From Candidatus Heimdallarchaeota archaeon (GTDB taxonomy: Archaea > Asgardarchaeota > Heimdallarchaeia > Heimdallarchaeales > Heimdallarchaeaceae), in contig JAAFKJ010000034.1 in assembly GCA_021399395.1 (NCBI GenBank), forward strand, positions 1 through 20,549: DNA of 20,549 nucleotides, given 5' to 3'. Position numbers and translations under genes: made by a program. The notes under the pieces were generated by a model that saw only the letters and a list, made by a program, of their open reading frames with translations, was not told the origin of the DNA and did no database searches. How positions within the stretch are numbered: the first letter of the stretch is position 1; the number at the start of each line of letters is the position of its first letter. Shown here piece by piece: positions 1 to 7,643 of this stretch.

Positions 1-59
1 AAATTCATATGAATCAAAAGAAAATATACTTTTTTGCCTAAAAAAACGTTGCGAAAGTT

Positions 60-102
60 TTTGTGTCAGAAAAACAAGAAATTTCGTGTTTTACGACACA
101 AA
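60..102 (-). terminator. Imperfect 43-bp hairpin directly after the mrp stop codon; candidate terminator or 3' stability element
   Basis: TTTGTGTC (60-67) pairs with GACACAAA (95-102), and AAAACA (71-76) with TGTTTT (87-92), around a central GAAATTTC. A T7 tract follows on the minus strand (A run at 40-46). Confidence 0.55.
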
Positions 103-912
103 TCACTCTTTCTTTATCTTTTTAAGTATCTTCTCTACAATTGTTTTGAAAATCGTTTCAACTTGCTCATCTAGTAGAACTGCAGGTCTCCCTTTATCTC
201 CAGCTTCACAGACTTGAGAGATCAATGGGATCGCACCTAAGAAATCTAAAGATAAATCTTCTGCCATCTTCTTCCCTCCATCTTTCTTAAAAATATAAGT
301 TGGTTCATTGCAGTGAGGACAGATAAAACCTGACATGTTTTCTATTATCCCAATTACTGGTGTTTTAGTCACTTGAGCGAAATTAATAGATTTTGTAACA
401 TCAAGCAAAGAAACATTTTGTGGAGTTGTAACAACGACCATTCCATCTAAATCTTTGATTGTTTGAACAATTGAAAGAGGTTCATCACTACTGCCTGGTG
501 GTAAGTCTACTATTAGAAAATCCAATTCACCCCAATTTACATCAGCTAATAGCTGTTTTAGAGCTTTAATCTTCATTGGACCTCTCCAGATTATTGCATT
601 GGTTTTATCTTGAAGTAGAAATTCCATTGAAACAATTTTTATTTTTCCTGCTTCAACTGGTTGGATTTTATTATCTTCTGAGGACATCTGATCATCCTCA
701 ACTCCAAACATTAGTGGAACATTTGGTCCAGTAATATCAGCATCAAGAACTCCGACTTTATATCCCATATTAGATAATGTTTGAGCTATATTTACTGCAA
801 CAGTTGTTTTACCTGTACCGCCCTTCCCTGAAAGAATAGCTATTTTATTCTTAATTTTGGAAAGTGTTTCAGCAATTTTCTTGTCTTCCTCTGTCAGTGG
901 TATTGCTTGCAT
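103..912 (-). CDS. mrp: Mrp/NBP35 (ApbC) family Fe-S cluster carrier ATPase
   Basis: Deviant Walker A SGKGGTGKTT, DADITGP, IIWRGPM, DLPPG, VTTPQ and ENMSGFICPHC. The start was moved from TTG 933 to ATG 912 because AGGAG lies 9 nt upstream of it. Confidence 0.95.
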   Translation of the reverse strand: MQAIPLTEEDKKIAETLSKIKNKIAILSGKGGTGKTTVAVNIAQTLSNMGYKVGVLDADITGPNVPLMFGVEDDQMSSEDNKIQPVEAGKIKIVSMEFLLQDKTNAIIWRGPMKIKALKQLLADVNWGELDFLIVDLPPGSSDEPLSIVQTIKDLDGMVVVTTPQNVSLLDVTKSINFAQVTKTPVIGIIENMSGFICPHCNEPTYIFKKDGGKKMAEDLSLDFLGAIPLISQVCEAGDKGRPAVLLDEQVETIFKTIVEKILKKIKKE

Positions 913-988
913 ACAACATTTCTCCTGATTCAAGATGGTTTGGTAGTCAATCCTTAAAAAGCCAATGATGCGACAACAAATCTATTTT

Positions 989-1007
989 GGTATAAGATTT
1001 TTATACC
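989..1007. promoter_or_regulatory. Palindrome GGTATAA-N5-TTATACC in the divergent intergenic region, overlapping a TATA-like box
   Basis: Perfect 7-bp arms at 989-995 and 1001-1007. It contains TTTTATA on + and TATAAAAA on -. Confidence 0.5.
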
Positions 1008-1062
1008 CATAGTATTTCTGATATTTAGGATTTAAGAAATTTCATCTTTTTGAGGTAAAACT

Positions 1063-2406
1063 ATGAACAAAACAGACTATGATGTGGTTGTAATTGGCGC
1101 TGGTCTTTTAGGTGTGGCAACCGCCTATCATATTAAGAGAAATAATGAGAATCTAAAAATGATGATTGTAGATAAAGCCGCATCAGCTGGAGCAGGGAAT
1201 ACGGCCCAATCTGCGGCTATGTACAGAGACACCTTTTCTTCAGAAGTAAATTTGCAATTAAGTAGTACTACTGTAAACTTCTTCAAACATGTTCAAAATG
1301 AAATGGGAGTTGATTTATCACTAAGAGATATTACCTACTTATGGTTAATGGATCGACAGCAGTTTGAGAAAAATAAATCAGCAATTGAAACCATGCTTGA
1401 AAACAAAATCAGAATAGAAATTCTCAAGAAGGATGACATCAAGGAAAAAATTCCAGAACTCGTTACTGATTTTGATGATAATTCAGAGGCCCAAATGCTT
1501 GGTTTAAGAAATATTGACTTTGGTATCCTCGGTTATGATTGCGGTGAATTAGATGCAGATAAAATCACAAGAGATTTTTACGAAACTGAATTTAAGAAAA
1601 TGGGGGGAGAAACTAGATATTCAACACAAATTACAGAGTTAGTTTTGGAACCTGAGGAAGAGAAATTGGGAATTCCTGGAGAACCCGTGGGATGGCAGAA
1701 GAAGAAGATTGGTTCAGCAGTGACATCAGATGGTAAAATCATTACATCACAGACATTTATTGTTGCGACAGGTGCATGGTCAAATGAGTTGCTCTTACCA
1801 TTGGGAATCAACTCCCAAGTGATGCCTTTGAAGAAGTACATTTTTAGGGTCCAGCACAATAGATTATCAGGGTTCTTAGATAATGAGTTTTTCAATGAAG
1901 AAAAAACCACGCCTTTCTTCATATTTCCAGTACATGGTATTCACGTTAAGCCTGTTAAGTATAATAACAGCATCTGGATTGGAGGGGGATCGGTGGTAGG
2001 AAAACCATTTATCATTACCAATCCAAACAAGGTTAAGGAGGAAACTAATCCTCTTGATGATACTGAAGCAAATCCGAGAGATTATGAATTTGATCGTTAC
2101 CTTATACTATCTGAGTATCTCCCTATTCTAAAAGATCTACCCTTAACAAACAGTTGGGCTGGTTTTTATGCGATGAATACAATAGACAAAAACCCAGTAA
2201 TTTTCAAACCTATAGGAATTAAAGGCTTACAAGTAGTAACAGCTGGATCAGGGAGTGGGATAATGAAAGCTGATGCAATTGGAAGGATAGCTGAGGCACT
2301 TTATCAAAATAAGGAAGTCGCAGAACTTTATGGAGGAGTATCGTTCAAAGTTTCAAGACTAGGTTTGAAAAATAGAGACGTTGATAAAGAATTCTTTGTC
2401 ATTTAA
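1063..2406 (+). CDS. FAD-dependent oxidoreductase, DAO / sarcosine oxidase beta / glycine oxidase-like
   Basis: N-terminal DVVVIGAGLLG (GxGxxG), GNTAQSAA, VATGAWS, WAGFY and C-terminal GSGSGIMKADAIG. GAGGT RBS upstream. Substrate cannot be determined. Confidence 0.88.
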   Translation: MNKTDYDVVVIGAGLLGVATAYHIKRNNENLKMMIVDKAASAGAGNTAQSAAMYRDTFSSEVNLQLSSTTVNFFKHVQNEMGVDLSLRDITYLWLMDRQQFEKNKSAIETMLENKIRIEILKKDDIKEKIPELVTDFDDNSEAQMLGLRNIDFGILGYDCGELDADKITRDFYETEFKKMGGETRYSTQITELVLEPEEEKLGIPGEPVGWQKKKIGSAVTSDGKIITSQTFIVATGAWSNELLLPLGINSQVMPLKKYIFRVQHNRLSGFLDNEFFNEEKTTPFFIFPVHGIHVKPVKYNNSIWIGGGSVVGKPFIITNPNKVKEETNPLDDTEANPRDYEFDRYLILSEYLPILKDLPLTNSWAGFYAMNTIDKNPVIFKPIGIKGLQVVTAGSGSGIMKADAIGRIAEALYQNKEVAELYGGVSFKVSRLGLKNRDVDKEFFVI

Positions 2407-2447
2407 ACACCTTAAGAAGAAAAAATCGTGATTGTTTCTTAATAAAA

Positions 2448-2455
2448 TATATATA
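2448..2455 (+). promoter_or_regulatory. TATA box of a probably leaderless transcript
   Basis: TATATATA preceded by an A-rich tract, ending about 22 nt before ATG 2477. No clear RBS. Confidence 0.5.
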
Positions 2456-2476
2456 GACCCATATTTCCTTTGGGAT

Positions 2477-3595
2477 ATGGTCTGGGTTTCCTATAGTATT
2501 GGCATTGTTTCTCTGCTTGTATTAATTACAGGAGTCAGTCTAGTAATATTAAAACAAAGCCATTCATCTTCTCGAGCAGTCTATTATTTCCTAGGTTTAA
2601 TTGTTGGTGTTATGGGATGGATTATCGGAAATATGTTCGTAGTTTACTTCAGTCAACTAGGACCAAACCCTAAAGTAGAATCTCAAGCATTACTTAGTTC
2701 AAGATTAGCTACCATAATAAGCATGGTTGGAATGGTATCAAGCATTTTATTCGTAAGAATGGTTAGTAAAAAACGAGCACATAGTTCCTTAGTTCTAGCA
2801 ATCGCACTATTTCTCTTTGGAGGAGTTGTTGGTTTAACTATATCGAGCGATTATGTTGTTATACATCAACTCATAGAATCAGGAGGATATTATTTCTACA
2901 TAGCTAAAACAAGTATAACGTGGGTTATTTTCGATGCAAGCTTACCACTTTTTGCTGGAGTTGTGTTATTGATATATTTAATACCACAACGGAATTTTAC
3001 TGAAAGAAAATACCGTAGAGTTATTGAGATCATGATTATAGGAGTAATAGTGGCATTCTTTGTTAGTGCGCTAATTTTTGCAATTAGAAAGATATTGTAC
3101 GCAACAACAGGAAAAATCTTGTTATTGCATATGGAATATATATCTGTAGCAGTTGGTGCTTTAATAATCAGTATATCAATATATTTAGGAGGGATTGAAG
3201 CTTTCTTCTATTCCACCGAAGTACATGCAATTTTTATTTTTAAGAAAGATGGAACTTCTATTTATTCTGCATCTGCAAAACGAAATATCACAATTGGTGG
3301 GCATAGTGTTTTAGGAGTAATAGCAGCTTTCTCTGAATTTGCAGGTGAACTTGTAGGTGTTAAAGTCTATCCTAAGGAAATTGACTTAGGAGATAGTTGT
3401 CTTATGATTGAACTACATGAAAACCATGTTTGTTTCCTAAGCAGCAGATTTTCAACACATTACCTTAGACAAGCAACAAAGAATTTGCTTATTAATTTAA
3501 CAGACAATCAAAATGAAGAAGAGATTTCTTCTTTAGTAGAACAATTTTTTGCTTTCAAACCTAGAGTTCAAAGTAATTTGAATACCACTAGCTGA
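2477..3595 (+). CDS. Membrane protein with about 7 TM helices and a C-terminal longin-like domain
   Basis: Seven hydrophobic segments, then about 120 soluble residues: VHAIFIFKKDGTSIYS ... VLGVIAAFSEFAGELVG ... KEIDLGDSCLMIE ... VCFLSS ... YLRQATKNLL. ATG 2477 is preferred over TTG 2432 because the TATA box lies between them. Confidence 0.7.
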   Translation: MVWVSYSIGIVSLLVLITGVSLVILKQSHSSSRAVYYFLGLIVGVMGWIIGNMFVVYFSQLGPNPKVESQALLSSRLATIISMVGMVSSILFVRMVSKKRAHSSLVLAIALFLFGGVVGLTISSDYVVIHQLIESGGYYFYIAKTSITWVIFDASLPLFAGVVLLIYLIPQRNFTERKYRRVIEIMIIGVIVAFFVSALIFAIRKILYATTGKILLLHMEYISVAVGALIISISIYLGGIEAFFYSTEVHAIFIFKKDGTSIYSASAKRNITIGGHSVLGVIAAFSEFAGELVGVKVYPKEIDLGDSCLMIELHENHVCFLSSRFSTHYLRQATKNLLINLTDNQNEEEISSLVEQFFAFKPRVQSNLNTTS

Positions 3596-3606
3596 TACAA
3601 TTTTTG

Positions 3607-3628
3607 TTTTCTAAGCTTTTTCTAAGCT
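3607..3628. repeat. Perfect tandem 11-bp repeat (TTTTCTAAGCT)x2 upstream of leuS
   Basis: 3607-3617 and 3618-3628 are identical. Confidence 0.8.
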
Positions 3629-3727
3629 CAAAGATAACTCTTTTAATCTGTAATCAATGAGACCAGCAAAGAATAAATATCCACTTTCATGGATAAGAAT
3701 TTGTGCAAAATTCAAGGAGGATTCTGG

Positions 3728-6658
3728 ATGACCTTTCTAGATGACATACGTAAAATTGAAGATAAATGGCAAAAAAAATGGAAAGAAGACCAAGTATTCG
3801 TAGGTAAGATAAATGATACAAAACCAAAATGGTTTCTTACAGTACCTTACCCATATGCTTCTGGCCCTCTGCACATAGGACATTGTAGAACATATAATAT
3901 CGGAGATATTTTCGCAAGGTATAAACGACAAAGTGGTTATAACGTATTTTGGCCTATGGCTTTCCATATTACTGGAACACCAGTTCAAGCAGTTGCTTAT
4001 CAAATTAAGATTAAGAATGAAAAAATCTGGAAAATATATGAGGATTATGTTTCTATTTATGAAAAAGATCCAACTAAAATAAAGAGTATTGTTCAATCAT
4101 TCGAGAATCAAGAAAATGTGGCTAATTTCTTCGCTAATGCAATCATTAAAGATTTCCTAGGTATGGGATTCTCACTAGACGATACTCGTCAGTTCACTAC
4201 AGGAGATAAAGAATATAACAAATTCATCGAATGGCAATATAAAATTCTCAATGAGAAGAATCTGATAACAAAGGGAAGTTATCCCATTCTATGGTGTGTT
4301 AATGATAAGAATGCAGTTGGCGAGGATGATATTCAGGAAGGAGATCTACTAAAAGTTGAAGTTAATGATTTTGTTGGGATCAAATTTAGATTGAACAGTG
4401 GTACGTCCTTAGTTGCAGCAACTTTGCGTCCTGAAACAATCTATGGTGCTACAAACGTTTGGATTAATCCAGATGCAGATTACAATGAAATTGAAATATC
4501 TGGTGAAAAATGGGTTGTTTCAAAAGAAGCAACAGAGAAGCTCAAAGAACAAGATCATGAAATAGTTGTCATTAGAAAGATAAAGGGAAAAGAATTTGTT
4601 AACCAAGAAGTAACAGTTCCTATAACAAAAGAAAAAATCCCTATCTATCCCGCAACTTTTGTGGATACAGATCATGCTACAGGAGTGGTTTATAGTGTAC
4701 CTGCACATGCCCCTTATGATTATGCAGCATTAGTTGATCTGCAAAATGATGAAGAAACAATTGGCAAGTATACTTTAGACAAAGAACGTCTAGAAAAGAT
4801 CAAACCTATATCGTTAATATCAGTCAAGGGATATGGCGATTTTCCAGCTGTTGAACTCTGTGAGATGTTAGGGGTTAAAAACCAAAAGGATAAACAGAAA
4901 TTAGAAAAAGCAACCCAGACCATCTACAAAGATGAATTCTATTCAGGTATTATGAAAGATATTACAGGAAAATTCAAAGGATTAAAGGTCGAAGAAGCCA
5001 AAGATGCTGTAGCTAAGAAACTAAAGGAAGATAATTTAGCAACAGAAGTTTACGAAACTTCAAAAAAAGCACTTTGTAGATGTGGTGGTCAAATAATTGT
5101 TGCTGTTTTAGAAGATCAGTATTTCCTCAATTATGGAGATAAGAAATGGAAAGAAACCGCTTTCAAAGCCCTAAATAAGATGGTAATCACACCAGAAAAA
5201 TACAGACAAGCCTTTGAAAACACCTTTAATTGGCTTGATAAGAGACCTTGTGTTAGAAAAAGAGGATTAGGTACAGAATTTCCTTTAACCAAAGGCGAAG
5301 GATGGATTATTGAATCGCTGAGCGATTCTGTAATCTACATGGCATTTTATACAGTGATTAGAACAATCAGAGAAAATAATATCAAACCAGAACAGCTGAA
5401 ACCAGAATTATTTGACTATATCTTTTTAGATAAAGGGAAAATCAAGGAAGTTAGCCAGTTTACTGATATCTCTGAGGAATACATCACAGAAATGAAAGAA
5501 TCATTTGAATATTATTATCCCAATGATTTGAGACATACTGCAATTGCTCACATCTCAAACCATTTATCATTTGCAATATTTCACCATGTTGCGGTTTTTC
5601 CAGAAAAATACTGGTTACCAGCTTTTTCATTGAATGAACTACTGATACGTGAAGGACAAAAAATGGGTAAGAGTAAAGCAAATGTTATCCCCATCGCACA
5701 AATTCCTGAAAAATATAGTGTGGATTTAACTAGATTACATCTAGCTTCAATAGCTACAGCAGATACAGTTGTAGATTGGAGAGAAACAGAGGTTAATTTT
5801 GCATTGCAAAGATTGAGAAAATTCTGGGAGTATGCCAATAGAAGTGTAGATGTAGTAAAAACAGAGATATTGAACCCAGCATTTCCTTCAAGAATATTCA
5901 GATCTTCTATTAAAACAAATCTACAAAAAGCTCTTACAGCAATTGGAGATTTCAACATCAGAGATTATGTTTTAGAAGGTTTTTATGGAAACATTAGAGT
6001 TATAGACGAATATCACAAAATCGCAGAACATCTTCAAAGAGAAGAAAGAGAGACTGTTTTAAAAGAAGCAATTGAACAGATTATTATTGTCATGGCACCA
6101 GTTATTCCTCACATATCGGAAGAGCTACATGAAAGGATGCAGCATGAGGGGTATGTTTCTCTAAAACAGTTCCCAAACATAGAGATAACAGAAGATGACA
6201 AACAAAACGCCTTACAGGCTAAATTCATAAGCAACCTTCTTGATGATATTGAAGAAATAGTAAAACTTGTGAAAACAACACCACAGAAGATTCATATATA
6301 CATCAACGCAGATTGGAAGAACGAATTATATAGAGTAGCCCAAGAGATTTTTGAAGATGAAGCAGTGAAAATAGGTAAAATAATGGGTGTCGCAAAAGAA
6401 AACAAGGTTCTGAACAAATATATGAAGGAAATTGCTGATGAAGCAAAACAAATGCTTAGAGACCCATCTATTTTTAGGATAGAAATGCTCTCTGCTGAAA
6501 AACAGAAAAAGGCAATAGAAGGGTATAAAGAGTTCATAAGTAGGACTTTTGTTAATGCCGAAATCTTGGTCCATGTGGCTGGCGATAAAGATATTTATAA
6601 TCCTCAGAAGAAAGCTCAAAAAGCTCGACCAATGAGACCAGCTTTACTCTTAGAATAG
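3728..6658 (+). CDS. leuS: Leucine--tRNA ligase, archaeal/eukaryotic type
   Basis: PYPYASGPLHIGH (HIGH), CP1 editing motifs ATLRPET and TGVVYSVPAHAPYDY, IESLSDSVIY, KMGKS, and C-terminal KARPMRPALLLE. GGAGG 7 nt before ATG 3728 supports this start over 3689. Confidence 0.97.
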   Translation: MTFLDDIRKIEDKWQKKWKEDQVFVGKINDTKPKWFLTVPYPYASGPLHIGHCRTYNIGDIFARYKRQSGYNVFWPMAFHITGTPVQAVAYQIKIKNEKIWKIYEDYVSIYEKDPTKIKSIVQSFENQENVANFFANAIIKDFLGMGFSLDDTRQFTTGDKEYNKFIEWQYKILNEKNLITKGSYPILWCVNDKNAVGEDDIQEGDLLKVEVNDFVGIKFRLNSGTSLVAATLRPETIYGATNVWINPDADYNEIEISGEKWVVSKEATEKLKEQDHEIVVIRKIKGKEFVNQEVTVPITKEKIPIYPATFVDTDHATGVVYSVPAHAPYDYAALVDLQNDEETIGKYTLDKERLEKIKPISLISVKGYGDFPAVELCEMLGVKNQKDKQKLEKATQTIYKDEFYSGIMKDITGKFKGLKVEEAKDAVAKKLKEDNLATEVYETSKKALCRCGGQIIVAVLEDQYFLNYGDKKWKETAFKALNKMVITPEKYRQAFENTFNWLDKRPCVRKRGLGTEFPLTKGEGWIIESLSDSVIYMAFYTVIRTIRENNIKPEQLKPELFDYIFLDKGKIKEVSQFTDISEEYITEMKESFEYYYPNDLRHTAIAHISNHLSFAIFHHVAVFPEKYWLPAFSLNELLIREGQKMGKSKANVIPIAQIPEKYSVDLTRLHLASIATADTVVDWRETEVNFALQRLRKFWEYANRSVDVVKTEILNPAFPSRIFRSSIKTNLQKALTAIGDFNIRDYVLEGFYGNIRVIDEYHKIAEHLQREERETVLKEAIEQIIIVMAPVIPHISEELHERMQHEGYVSLKQFPNIEITEDDKQNALQAKFISNLLDDIEEIVKLVKTTPQKIHIYINADWKNELYRVAQEIFEDEAVKIGKIMGVAKENKVLNKYMKEIADEAKQMLRDPSIFRIEMLSAEKQKKAIEGYKEFISRTFVNAEILVHVAGDKDIYNPQKKAQKARPMRPALLLE

Positions 6659-6662
6659 GTAA

Positions 6663-6702
6663 TTTTTTTCCACTTCTTATTTTTTCTTATTTTCGCTTAT
6701 TT
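6663..6702 (+). terminator. Oligo-T / pyrimidine-rich archaeal-type terminator
   Basis: A T7 run plus three CTTATTT units directly after the leuS stop. Confidence 0.6.
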
Positions 6703-6781
6703 CTCGAGTGTATAATGTTCTCTCGCCATATAATATTGCCTAATGGATAGCTTTTTAAAAGACTCTTTGGCAATTACACAA

Positions 6782-6847
6782 GAACATAAATGTATTTCTA
6801 AAAAAGTAATATTTTATGTTCATAAATGAACGGATGTATTAAATACA
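6782..6847. promoter_or_regulatory. Cluster of inverted repeats upstream of the DAK2 gene; candidate operators
   Basis: GAACATAAA (6782-6790) / TTTATGTTC (6813-6821); GTTCAT-AA-ATGAAC (6818-6831); TGTATT-A-AATACA (6835-6847). Confidence 0.4.
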
Positions 6848-6905
6848 GCATAAGTCACAATAATACCGAAACCGTAAAATTAAGCTTAAAACGTGGGGCA
6901 AAATA

Positions 6906-7592
6906 ATGATGGTACCTAACTCAAAAATCGATGGAATCACTCTTAAAAAAATGATGATTACCGCAGCTCATAATCTTGAGCAAACCAAAGAAGAAATAAA
7001 TGCAATAAATGTTTTTCCAATTCCAGATGGAGACACTGGTGTTAATTTGTTTTTAACAATAAGAACAGTTGTTGAGCAATTTGATGAAGTTGATCCTAGT
7101 TCCATTCAAGAAGCAGCCCAGTTAATTACTAAAGGAAGTTTTCTTGGAGCAAAAGGAAATTCTGGTGTAATTATCTCTCAATTTTTCCAAGGTTTCAGTG
7201 CAGAAATTGAAGAACATAATGAAGTAGGAATTGAAGAATTTGCAAATGCACTTGAAGCAGGTTCTGAATGGTCATATGACGCAGTTTTACACCCCACTGA
7301 GGGCACTATTCTCACAGTCATAAAAGATACAGCAGAAAAAGCAAAAGCAATTGTTGCCAATGGTGGAGATTGGTCAGAAATGATTGTTGAAACTTATAAA
7401 ACAGCTGTTAAATCTCTTGAAAACACACCAAATCTTCTGCCAGTTCTGAAAGAAGCTGGAGTAGTTGATGCAGGAGCCAAAGGTTTTGTTAATGTGTGGT
7501 TAGGATGGTGTTTCCAATTAATGGATACACTTGGAATAAAAATTGCCCACATCGAAGAAGAATTTGAAAAATTACAAAATGGAACCTTATAA
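6906..7592 (+). CDS. Stand-alone DAK2 domain protein resembling the N-terminal kinase domain of fatty acid kinase FakA/YloV
   Basis: INAINVFPIPDGDTGVNL, GAKGNSGVIISQ, PTEGTILTV and TPNLLPVLKEAGVVDAGAKG are FakA-type DAK2 signatures. It is only 228 aa. Confidence 0.9.
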   Translation: MMVPNSKIDGITLKKMMITAAHNLEQTKEEINAINVFPIPDGDTGVNLFLTIRTVVEQFDEVDPSSIQEAAQLITKGSFLGAKGNSGVIISQFFQGFSAEIEEHNEVGIEEFANALEAGSEWSYDAVLHPTEGTILTVIKDTAEKAKAIVANGGDWSEMIVETYKTAVKSLENTPNLLPVLKEAGVVDAGAKGFVNVWLGWCFQLMDTLGIKIAHIEEEFEKLQNGTL

Positions 7593-7643
7593 TCCATTTC
7601 TTTTCTAAATTTTATTTTAAAAAATAAGAGAATGATATATCCG

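Noticed and set aside
1-8. Possible minus-strand ATG at 8 starting a gene that leaves the window
   Set aside because: Only two full codons are visible, so it cannot be supported.
60-105. UGA stop of mrp followed directly by a hairpin, suggesting selenocysteine readthrough
   Set aside because: Readthrough adds only U-F-V-S before TAA, at a position with no expected Cys, and I see no SECIS core motif.
5660-5674. KMGKS instead of KMSKS as a sign of an inactive LeuRS paralog
   Set aside because: The catalytic Lys is kept, KMGKS occurs in active class I synthetases, and the HIGH and editing motifs are intact.
3655-6642. 13-bp direct repeat CAATGAGACCAGC at 3655-3667 and 6630-6642, flanking most of leuS
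   Set aside because: A few 13-mer matches are expected by chance in 20 kb. The second copy encodes the conserved PMRPA tail, and no integrase or transposase is present.
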